This document shows, piece after piece, positions 9,757 to 20,000 of a DNA stretch of 20,000 nucleotides. How positions within the stretch are numbered: the stretch's first letter is position 1; every line of letters begins with the position of its first letter. The DNA is from Trichinella spiralis (taxonomy: Eukaryota). A program made the position numbers and the translations under genes. The stretch covers positions 1,445,469 through 1,465,468 of the forward strand of contig NW_003526940.1 in NCBI RefSeq assembly GCF_000181795.1, in the 5' to 3' direction. The notes beneath the pieces were generated by a model. That model worked only from the letters and a program-made list of their open reading frames with translations. It was not told where the DNA came from and searched no databases.

Positions 9757-12700
9757 ATGCACATATCCTACCTTATCATGCACATCACATGGTTTTTTCT
9801 TTTATGTCTCAGTTTTCTTAGATTTTCGTCAGCTACATCTAAATGTCAAAATTTAAATGGAGCTGCAGCAGCAGACTGGTAAAAGGCTATTTATAACTAT
9901 CATAATGTGAGAACTAAAATAACAATAACGCTCAGCTAATGAAATTTCATATTTGTAAATATGAAACAAATTTAAATAATAAATTAAAACCAAAAAAATT
10001 AAATCTGGTGGCCAGTAGTGACAAATGATTGGGTCACAGCGAGTAACTTTGTCTTGGATGTATTAAGTTTCATCTAAAAGAAATTACTGCTTAAGTTTTA
10101 ATTAATCATTTGCTGCATTTTTTGATCAATCAATTGCAATGGGCAACATACGCATGTTTACTTTTCAAAATATACATCTTAAAATGCATTCTTAATATTA
10201 CATTATTTAAAGGTTATAAATAAATATTTATTCCTTACAAAAGATATTTTTCATTCTACAGACGCAAAACCGACATTTTGAAAACTGTTGTTAGTTTCTT
10301 CAAGAAAGCAACTTCCACATTTGATAATGTTTTCCGTTTCAAATCACTTTCAGAATGCAATCCAAGCAGAACTGCCCAAGCATGTGCCCTTGTTCAGCAG
10401 TTGTCTAATAAAATTAGTTTTTACTTAGCATGCTTATTCTGAGAAACACATTATCGTGCTTTTATTTTTTGCCAAAATATTGACTCCTTATTTAATGAAA
10501 TGAATTTTGCAGCTTATGCAAGCCTAATATTTCAGAGAAGAATTTGATTGTTATGCATTTGTAGACAGCATTAAATTTCGCAAAAGATACAATATATTAA
10601 GAAAAGTATATGACGCAGCTCTTATAAAACAAAGTTTGGTGAACGCCGTAATAGCAGTCGACAGTAAGAAAGTGTTGAAATATCTCAGCATAAATTTTTT
10701 TCTAAGATATTATCATAAAAACTAAACACAATTATACGGTTTGAAATTCATTTTCAATTTTAATTTCTAAGTGCTTTGCTTTGCACAACCTTGCATTCCA
10801 AATAATTCAAATTAGTTTTTAGTTTTATTAGTTAACAAAATGAACTAATAAAACAGGCTTCATTCAAACAAAACAGAAACATCCCAGAACTAGAATCTCA
10901 TATAATAGAAGAAAAAGTAAATTTCATATTTCGTAAAAACCAAGAGGTATTTTTGTCGACGCGGAATTTACAGAAAAAGCTCCATTCGAGAAAAAAGCCA
11001 TTGAACTTATTTATAGTAAACAAAAACATCTATTTATAGCAAGAAAGCAAATAGCTACTTGTTATCCAGTTAATTTATCACATATACTTTGTCAAAATTT
11101 AAGTTTTAATGGATTTAAAAGAACAGCAGGAGTGATTCAATAAGTTAATAATCTGTAAAATGTAGGATGGCATTTACAAAAGAAAATTTCATGAATATTT
11201 TATGAATAACTTTTGTAAGCAGTTTACTAGATACATTGAAATACTAAGATATAAGGGAAGCTCTATCAATATGCTGGAAGAGATGCTTTTCCACTGTCCT
11301 AATGCAACTACCAGCATTTAACAATTTTATATTTATCGCATTACTAACAGCAAAGAATGCATACCAAAAAAATAAAAATAAAAAAATTAATTGCTAACTG
11401 AATTGTCTTCTATTATATCAATAAATGAAAGTATTTAATGGTGTGACCCACTAACAATATTCAGCTTATGCCCAATAAAAAATTTTCTTCAGGGCCATTT
11501 TGTATAAAGCACCTGCACAAAATACAGGAAAAGCCCTTATTGCAGGAGGTGCAAACTGGCAAGCTTACCCACAAGTTACTGGACTCATTAATCATTCGTT
11601 TGGTAAAGCTGTTGAACATGTTGTAGCTGTTGATGCAAATAACAAATTTATTGCATACAGCAATGTTCCACCAGATATTCCAAAAGTGAAAACGAAATCA
11701 AACAGCAAAGGTAACATCAACTAGACTTACATAGAAAATGAAAAATGATAAAATCATAATCTTGAAGGCGTGTTAATGATGAATCCGGGAGTTGCAGATG
11801 AAGCTTCATGGATTGTTCACACAATACCAGGTTTCCCGAAGGCGCTAAGAGGATACGTATTTCCACCTGCAGAAATTCAGAAAGGACATTTGCTGATTTG
11901 TTTAACAATTAAGGAAAGTCAAATAGATCCAATTGGTAAAGTTATCTGTATAATAAAGTCTGCACAAATATTTCATTTAAAAACTACATGTCATGCAACT
12001 TAAGTAGATGCTTAAAATTTAAAAAGAGGGACATGAATGAAATATTTTTAATTAATAATTTTATCAAATGATGAAAAGCAAACAATTTTCAGCCAAGACA
12101 TTGAGAATTGCAACTCCATTGATATATCACAGCGATATACCAGATACTCAGATGAATTCTCGACCAAATCTTAAAAAATTGGTTGATGGTGAATCAAGAT
12201 TCATGCCACCTTTAACAGTGTCACAAGAAATTTCAACGGAAAACGCTCAAGGTTTGAAAGTGACTATATACAGTAAAGGTGAAAAATCTAGATATGGTAA
12301 TCAGATTTATTAATTCGTTGGAATCATTCAATTAATTCATTTATTTGTTTTTGCTTCTCATAAATGAACATATGCATCGAATAGAAAATGTCTTTCCTCT
12401 TAAAAATAATGTAGTCAAAAATTGATGTAGAATAAACCATTTTACGGTGAAGAAAGATCAACAAAAATCACTACATAAAATTAAACATTAGCTGAGGTTT
12501 TAGTGCAACAAATTTTAAATATAAAATTAAAATTCATGCGTTCAGTCGAAAAAATTCTGTGCTGTATTAATTCTTAATATTGCAAAGGCATTTTATTATT
12601 TATTAATTCTTGATGCAATTATAAAAGAAGCTTATTTCAGAGATGTACAAAAGAATACTTGTTAAACAGCTAAAGTCAACTATCAAAGTTTGGACAACAA

Positions 12701-13021
12701 GAGATAATATATTGAAAAGTGATTGTAGAAAAGTTGGGAGAAACATAAAACTAATAACAAGTCCTATATCTGTCAATGGAGACGCAAGTTCACTAGAAAA
12801 TGATGTTTCCCAATGGCTAGTCAGTGAACCAGGAAACAAATTTTGTGCTATTGACAAGCCTTACCATGTAAATTTATAATTGCTAAAACGTGACTGTTTA
12901 ACGAAATACTTTTTTTCAGAAAAGTCAAACAAAAGAACCAGCAATGGCCGTCTGCATTGATGATGCTACTATTTTTACCCGTTTCAGTGAAATAGCGGTG
13001 AATGTGGAGAATTGCCTCTGA
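9757..13021 (+). CDS. Secreted DNase II-like protein, gene B, 6 exons, 346 aa (339 aa if the ATG at 9778 is used)
   Basis: Exons 9757-9878, 11493-11710, 11768-11935, 12093-12296, 12641-12867, 12920-13021. GT..AG introns sit at the same positions and phases as gene A, total 1041 nt including TGA. Signal-like MHITWFFLLCLSFLRFSSA. Motifs DWAILYKAP, AYSNVPP, SNSKG, SWIVHTIPGFP, GHLLICLTI, DVSQWLVS, FCAIDK, AVCI. Intron 1 is unusually long (1614 bp). Confidence 0.92.
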
Positions 13022-13163
13022 AATATCTTTAAACCCCAGAATTCATTAAAATTTATTTTTGATTTTATGACTTTATGGGCTAAAGCCTGTAATGACTTAT
13101 TTTCCGTGATTGTGAGAATTTCTGATTTTGAAATTAATGACAAGTTTTATTAAAATATTTTGA

Positions 13164-13169
13164 AATAAA
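13164..13169 (+). terminator. Candidate polyadenylation signal AATAAA for gene B
   Basis: AATAAA about 140 nt after the stop at 13021, with a second AATAAA at 13189-13194. Confidence 0.35.
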
Positions 13170-13243
13170 AATTCTGCTGTATAACTTTAATAAAATTAGT
13201 ACATAACCAGTGTTCTTTCATTATTACTGTCATAGAAAACGAT

Positions 13244-13279
13244 TGAAATTGCAGTAAACTCATGTTTACTGCAATTTCA
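13244..13279. repeat. Perfect hairpin, 16 bp stem with 4 nt loop
   Basis: tgaaattgcagtaaac-tcat-gtttactgcaatttca. Confidence 0.9.
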
Positions 13280-14110
13280 GTACTGCAGGTAATTTTATCT
13301 TTTAGTATCTGCATTATCATCAAAAATACTGTTAAGAAAATTATTTAGCTCCAATTGTGCTACATTTTCTATTATTCAGTACACTGAGGACATTTTCCTT
13401 CCAATGATAAGACATTATAGCTTTATCTGCGAAGAATACGACTTAGTTGCTTGTTTTAAACGTAACCAAATTTCGGTCCGTCAGTTTTGAGAAAGCTTCA
13501 TTTATGGCGTTACAAAAGTCATCTCCTGCAAATGAACAGTAAATAATATTTTGCGATAATGAAAACATGCAACAGCACCATTAATGAAAACATTATTCAT
13601 AATTAGAATGAACAAAATGTATGTTTTCTGAAAATGTAAACGACAAAGAGTATGCTAAGGCATCCAAATTAAAGGAACAGTTTTCCAGATATATACATGG
13701 ATAAAAAATACGACCCTTTGTTAAACAGGTTACAAATTGTTTGATCTATTTGTTTATCACAAAAAAATCAACATGTTGAAATTTAATATAAATTTAAGAA
13801 TTACTTTTTTTAATATTTACTGAACACAGATGTGGTCAAAGTCACACCAGAAATATTTATACAAGAGACTGCTCAAAATAATTAAAGAAGGTGGAAATAT
13901 ACACCTAACGATAAAAACCGACATTTTTTAAATTAGTGTCTTAAAAATTTTTTAACATAAAAATCTAAAAAAATCAGAACAAGCAAGACAAATGCAAGTT
14001 CATTTTTTCTATAAAGGAAAAACCTTGATTTCTATAATCAGAAGCTAAAACATTAAAAGCACTGATTCTTATAAGCTAAAATGAAAGATAAAAGAATATG
14101 TTATGGGATT

Positions 14111-16371
14111 TCATTGTGGACAATCTTCAACTTGCGCAGCAATTTCATTAAATCTAGCAAAAATATCATTATTTTCAATGCAAACTGCCATTGCTGGTTC
14201 TTTGGTTTGATTTTTCTAAATTATAGAAAACGTTTACATTAAAATGTTGCCAAATCCATACAGACTTACAAAATATGGCTTGTCAATATGACAAAATATA
14301 TTTCCAGGATCAGAAACAGCCCAGTTTGTAATATCTGCTTCAAGATTGGTGTTATGATCACGAACGGCAGCTGGACTTTTAATTAAACGAATGTGCCTTT
14401 GTGAACCTCTGCAATCCCCTTTCAAAATATTGTCTCTTCTTGACCATACCTTGATCGTTTTTTTCAAAACTTTTACAATGACTTTTTTGTAAATTTCTAA
14501 ACAATAACTTTGATTATTCGTAATTATCTTCAGAAAGAATATTTCATATAATTATGTTTCAAAGCAATGAAGTTTGTATTCTGTTCAGAGCAAATTACAT
14601 TTTAGTATTTGAAACTTTAATTTGTGAAATTTCAGGGAAAGTATTAAGTACATTAAATAATAAATTAAATAGTGCAATACTGCTTTTCTACTTTGCGCAA
14701 AAAAACGATAGCTAAAAATTTTATAAACCTTTCATTGGTGCATTACTTCACTTGTTCATCATAATTTCTTCTTTCACTTTATAGCATATAAAATACATAT
14801 ATAAAATTTAATGTATCAAAACCGCGAATAAGAATAATTTGAAATTCACACAACCATTTAAGCTCACCGTATTTAGATGACTCTGATTTGCTGTAAATAT
14901 GTACTGCAACAGGACTTCTTGCATCTTCTGTACGAATTGATCGTCTTGATGTAAATGGCGGCAGAGGAGAAATTTTTCCTTCTGCTAGCTTATTGAAGTA
15001 TGGCATTCCTGCAGTCTCTGTTTCAGGGATATCATTGTAATGTACCATAGGTTGAACAAGTAGCAATGATGCAGCTAAAAAATAATACTGATCAAACAGA
15101 AAATTTTAGGTAACTCCCTTATTAAACGACAGAGACATTATACTGGGGAAAACAAAAGTTTGCCTTATAGAGCTTCACTATTGAAAGTTTTCTTAAAATT
15201 TAATTTACTTTCATATAGTAGTTAATGTGCTATTATCCAAAAGATATTACTTCAGCAACAATTCATATGTATTACTATACAATGTTTCTTCATTTTATGC
15301 TATATGCATGAAGAAATTATATTCTTTTATAAAATCTTTAATTTTATTGCATCTCTAATGTTCTGAAATATGAAACTACCTAAAATTAGGCATAATGACT
15401 TTACTTATTGAAATACAAACCGATAGCATTTATTTGAGATTTAGATATAGTAAGACAAATTAGTAAATGTCCTCTGGCGTTTTCAGCTACTGGCCAACTG
15501 TAAGCTGTTCTTGCTGTTGGAAATCCTGGTACTGTATGTACAATCCACGCTGCAGAATCTGCATTGGTGGCCAGTATTATTACACCTGAAATATTAATGC
15601 AACATTAAAAGAATCTTCATATGTTGTAAAAGATTTCAAAAATTATTTAATTTATGTTGAATAACCTTTGCTGTTCGATTTGGTTTTCATACTGGGAACA
15701 CCTGGTGGCGCATTGTTGTAAGCAAGAAATTTTATATTATTCTGGTTTCTAACGACATCTTCTAATGTTTTTGCAAATGAATGCCCGGCATTGTTGCTTA
15801 ATGCTTGTGCACCGTCATCCCATGTTCCTGCTGCAGTTGCAAAAATAATTTTGCCGTTATTTTGACCAGGGGCTTTGTATACTATAGCCCTAAATTTTTA
15901 CACATCACTTCATAATAATAATTATAATTAACCAACTATAATTCATTTTTTCAAAATATCTACCGATGATCTTCATCATGTTGAAACTTATATGTTGGGT
16001 CCAAATTGTGTTTTATTACATAATTTTTGTAAATATAAAGTGCTGATAAACAAATTGATGTAGAAGCACTTCTATGCAGTCACTAACAATAATTAGAATA
16101 ATGTTAAATGAATTGAATTATAGAAATAGCCATTATGTATGGTAATCTATGTGTAATATTATTATTTTTCATTTTTAAATAACACATGTACGCATTCGTT
16201 CTAAAGCATATTTTAAAATAAATGCATCAAATATTCTGCTTCTTCCAGAAATTGCTTCAGAACTTACCAGTCTGCCGCAGCATCACCTGGTTTATTCTGA
16301 CATTTTGAGGTTTGAGAATGTGATAATCTTACGATGAGAAACAGTGCAAGCAGCTCAGAAAATTTCAACAT
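14111..16371 (-). CDS. Secreted DNase II-like protein, gene C, 6 exons, 343 aa; inverted close paralogue of gene A
   Basis: Minus-strand exons 16371-16268, 15889-15666, 15585-15421, 15074-14868, 14496-14270, 14215-14111. Introns are GT..AG, total 1032 nt including TGA. Signal-like MLKFSELLALFLIVRLSHSQ. Same motifs as gene A (SNSKG, AWIVHTVPGFP, DITNWAVS). Intron 2 is 80 bp in both A and C with recognisable sequence similarity. Confidence 0.93.
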
Positions 16372-16429
16372 GTTTTCTTCGTAGTTGAACAAATTTATAC
16401 TAGAATTTATATCATGCCACTTAAGAACA

Positions 16430-16478
16430 CAAATGTTTATCCCATTGAGCAAACTGAACAATATTTGCAGAAAATTCA
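16430..16478 (-). promoter_or_regulatory. Conserved upstream block of gene C with two FoxA/PHA-4-like sites
   Basis: Reverse complement is tgaattttctgcaaatattgttcagtttgctcaatgggataaacatttg. TATTTGC at 16462-16468 and TGTTTAT at 16434-16440. Confidence 0.45.
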
Positions 16479-17646
16479 CCAATGTTCTTTATTTATGTTT
16501 TGATCAATGCAGAAATAAAAATAAGCAGTTTAAACAAGATTATATTTGAATTACATTAAATTTTACTTTAAACAAGGTCATTTTTATTTATTTAGTTTTC
16601 ATGACTTATTATTTATAATTATTCTTATATATGCATGTATACACACACAAATTGGATAATTGTTCGTTCATAAATAGATTATTTTATATGGAAATCCAAA
16701 ACGTTTCCCTGCCTTGCGTTTCTAAAATACTAATTTACTCATTTCACTTTAACTGATGGCAATTGTAAGAAATGAATAATTAATTAACTATAAAAGAAAT
16801 ATCTTCCTAAAAGAGTTTCTATAATTCTGCAAATAAATTCACATAAAATGTTTCACATTATTAATCAAAAAGAGGTGTTTTTCACAAAACAAAATTTTAG
16901 TGCGTTGTCTTTCAATCCAGTAAATCATTTTAAAATAAAAATCATCACTTGTTGCTCCCATAACGCATTATTAATAAACTGAACTGACAATGGCCAACAA
17001 CAACATCACTAACACAAATATAAATAATAACAACAATAAATAAACGGTTCATTCTATAAAAATATGCAAAAACAGTATATGCAGAAACATACAAACCGCA
17101 AAAGCAACATGTAAATTTATGGATATGAAATATGGAAATATGCATTAAGTATGCTATTTATGGGATGGTCGCTTTCGGGACAAATTTTCACCGTCTAATT
17201 TTACTGGTCGTTGAACTCGCTATTTTATTGCACCTTTGTGCAGTTGTCTTATTGGTTTTCCTTGTCTAATTCCTAATTGATTCAAACTCTTCAGTTATGA
17301 TTAGCTGTAATGTTCTTCATTTCATTGGTTCAAATATTCCATTTAGGATTAGGTAACTTTAATAGTGGTGACGTAACATTAATAATGAAAATATTTCTTA
17401 TTTGGGAATTGTTTCAATCCAGATTTATAAGTTTTATCATTCATTGAAATTTTGATTTTCCAATATATTATTAGTGAAGTTTATACTTTTTAGTGATCAA
17501 CGTTTTCAATAATAATTTTTATCATTATTCTATATTTTATTGTACCAGAGTGACGTTATATCAAATGCGATAGTAATAATTCAAAAAAACGATACAAAAA
17601 TAAGTTAAATAGTGATTTTTATTTTTCACTACGCAACAGCAGCAAC

Positions 17647-18612
17647 NNNNACNGNAANGANCANCCNGACGTTACGTTTTTGNTAGCAATTTCACTGAAT
17701 TTTACGCATGATTTCACGCATATGCCTTTGTCAAACATTGTTCNCGTTTCCCATCACATCACATATGTTGGTATCGGTGATTTTAATANTAANGGANAGT
17801 CAACAAGTGATAAATTGTCCACAGCTGCAGNTCTGNNNNNNNNNNANNNNCTGNNNNNNNNNCTNNNNTNNNNTTAGNNATCGGAAATACTTTTCTGGAT
17901 TTTCCTGGCCCTGTTCCTTTAATAAATTTTTCTGGTTTGGCAAACGAATTTCATCCTTTAATCTTTCCCAATAGTTTCTTTTGCTCCTGTTCACAAGAGT
18001 TATTGTGTTCTTTTCGTATATTTTATTTAAATAAATAAATTAAAAATCTTATTTGGTGTAAATTGTAAANCTTTCTATTTTTNACAACTGAACAAAACCN
18101 GACTAGTGCGTNTGGTGAACNACTTAAATTGCCATCTACCATCTGCAACCCTTCAATGTATATTTTAATAATAAAGAAATATTTAAACATTCCGCATCAA
18201 AAGCAGCGCCTATGATGTAGCTGATCTGTTTGATGATGCATTTCAAATTACATTTGAACTGGGTTAAGTGAGCATGGAATTTGGCAAGAATTTCCACGCT
18301 CTTATTCATTATGTTACCGTTCAATTAAATACAGGGAATTTTTTTCAGCCAAAATCTTATGCACTTAACCAAGTTCGACTGTATTTTATATGAAATGTAT
18401 GAACGTCAAACATGATTTTTCACACAAACAGCAAAACTAATCGACATGTATAAAAATACATATATTGATTGTTGAGTAATAAAAAAAACTTTGTGAATAT
18501 TAAAGTAAAATTCTTAGATTGTAAACAAAAAAGATTCAAATAGAACACTCCCAGTAAAATCAAGAAATTAATCACATGCTAATAATTAATAGTTGTCACT
18601 CCNNNNNNNNNN
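17647..18612. other. Low-quality assembly region with scattered Ns and short N runs
   Basis: N characters at 17647-17683, 17745-17879, 18070-18121 and 18603-18612. Confidence 0.95.
17725..18122 (+). repeat. Diverged dispersed repeat, copy 2 (partner ~5035..5420), partly N-masked
   Basis: Same collinear blocks as 5035-5420, in the same orientation. Confidence 0.7.
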
Positions 18613-20000
18613 CCAACGCCGATATTACATTTTCAGAGAGACTCAAATTCCCGCGACATTTTTGTTCTTAACGACCTGAAATTGCTTTCTTTATTTTTTT
18701 AAGCATTACAAGTATCTGTTCTTGCTTACTAAGTGTTAAAAAAATTATCGTTGTTGTTTACGCAAACACGTTAAAATTGTCGTAATTATTTTGACTACTG
18801 CACATCCCTACCAATATAACGCAATAACATCAATGCACTGTTGGACAAAATTGGATCCATGTCGTCAACTGATGGACAGATTAGAACTTCTGAATGACTG
18901 AAAATGCAATTATTATTAATGTAACATCAACATTGTACACTAAGCTTGCTCTACTCTGTTGAAAAAGTGTGTTCAGCAACTGCATTTGCACAATTCGCTT
19001 CATCTGTATGCAATGAAGTATGCATACCGACATCAGTTTTCTGAAACAACAACTTTTTTTTAAAAATAAATTAAAATCCAACGCACTGACATAGTAAAAA
19101 CAATTAACTGCATAAATTTTAATTAAAAAAAACAATTTGAATGTACCGTAACATTTGAATCATCATTCAAGTGTTCAAAAGGATTAACAGTGTGCGGTTC
19201 CATTCGAGCAGTTGGCTTTCTTTTGTCACAGTCCTCTTCAGCAACAGAACAACTACTTTCGTAAACTTTAGAAAAAGCAGAAAATTCCTTAAAAATACAA
19301 ATAACATACTTAACAGAAATTAGATATAAAAAGGAAATGCTAATAATATTATGAACAAAATTATTATTACCGGTAAACTTGACCATTTAAATAAGTGTTC
19401 AACAGGAACCGCTTCCCAAGCATCAGTTTGAACGTACAGTCCGAGCTGTTCAATACAGTACGGATGCAAGGCGGCGAAGTAGGCTATGCTTTTCTCATTT
19501 ACCACTTCGGTCAGATCAACAGCAGCATTTTTCACATATTTTCCGGCAAAATCCGAAAATCTACAAAAAAATGTTAAAACAACAACATTTTTTTAAATTC
19601 AATTAAGAAGGAAAAATATACCCACCTATGCGTGAGTTGTAAAACTTGCACAAAATCTTTGAAATCTAAGTTACGAAAATTCGAATGCTGAATAACTGTA
19701 GCCACTTTAAAGGTGGCTTTCATCCAGAGTTGTTCAATTTCTTTGTTTAAAAAATTCTCCTCACCATTATCATTGTTCAACAATTCTGAATAATTATAAT
19801 AATTATTATTAATTATAATTTCAATTCTGTAATTAATATGAATCAATTCAAAACAAGAAAGAAAAGTTAAACAAATGTTTCATTTGCTTGTGCTATTGAA
19901 AACACACGTCAGAATAAAAACATTCGATAATAAAGGCAAAGTTATGGGATACCTTGAACCGGTAGAATGTTCTTCATGCCACCCAAACGACACTTATGAT
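18141..20000 (-). CDS. VPS50: VPS50/syndetin (CCDC132, EARP complex subunit)-like gene, internal exons, 5'-partial; 3' part disrupted or unresolved
   Basis: Phase-compatible exons >20000-19953, 19785-19626, 19560-19371, 19287-19147, 19040-18955, 18897-18812 give ...EQLWMKATFKVATVIQHSNFRNLDFKDFVQVLQLTHRFSDFAGKY...SIAYFAALHPYCIEQLGLYVQTDAWEAVPVEHLFKWSSLPEF...PILSNSALMLLRYIG. This resembles remembered syndetin segments (RIWQDVQLKV..FKYDDFIFVL..SVNYFKNYH..LDELRMFLENETWELCPV; PILTNTTLNVIRLVGKY). Probable further exons from 18675 and at 18378-18141 contain in-frame TAA codons. Confidence 0.75.

Noticed and set aside
10258..10420. Minus-strand frame LILLDNC*TRAH...LSNVEVAFL reminiscent of a Tigger/pogo DDE segment
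   Set aside because: It lacks the diagnostic PPNTT..LQP.D continuation, and other frames read equally plausibly. Too weak to call without BLASTX.
10822..10854. 12 bp stem hairpin gttttattagtt/aactaataaaac
   Set aside because: Low-complexity and AT-rich, so likely chance.
11717..13143. Minus-strand ORFs overlapping gene B exons
   Set aside because: They are antisense shadows of the DNase II-like exons.
17680..17994. ORFs spanning the N-rich region
   Set aside because: They are open only because Ns mask stops, and the sequence is homologous to the non-coding repeat at 5035-5420.
1..20000. CRISPR arrays, tRNA/rRNA genes, prokaryotic operon or defence system
   Set aside because: No regularly spaced repeats or RNA-gene structures were seen, and spliceosomal introns show the DNA is eukaryotic.

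Overview
This is AT-rich, intron-containing eukaryotic DNA, most consistent with a Trichinella-type (clade I) nematode. That assignment is inferred from the gene family and splice signals, not from a search. The window holds three intact six-exon genes for secreted DNase II-like proteins (plancitoxin/p43-related): gene A 942..3223 (+), gene B 9757..13021 (+) and gene C 14111..16371 (-). Gene C is a close inverted paralogue of A. All three have lost both canonical HxK catalytic histidines (GHTKG->SNSKG; DHSKW->DITNW/DVSQW), so they look like secreted pseudo-nucleases. Between them lie several repeats: a ~390 bp near-identical direct repeat, a ~140 bp inverted repeat pair, a MITE-like element just upstream of gene B, and decayed fragments resembling piggyBac and KRBA2-type integrase elements. 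The right end carries internal exons of a VPS50/syndetin-like gene (-) that run into low-quality, N-containing sequence with apparent stops. The expanded DNase II-like family is already known in Trichinella; the details most worth following up are the hypervariable N-terminal patch, the conserved FoxA/PHA-4-like promoter block and the TE-derived upstream region of gene B. All family assignments come from manual translation and recalled motifs; no database search was run.
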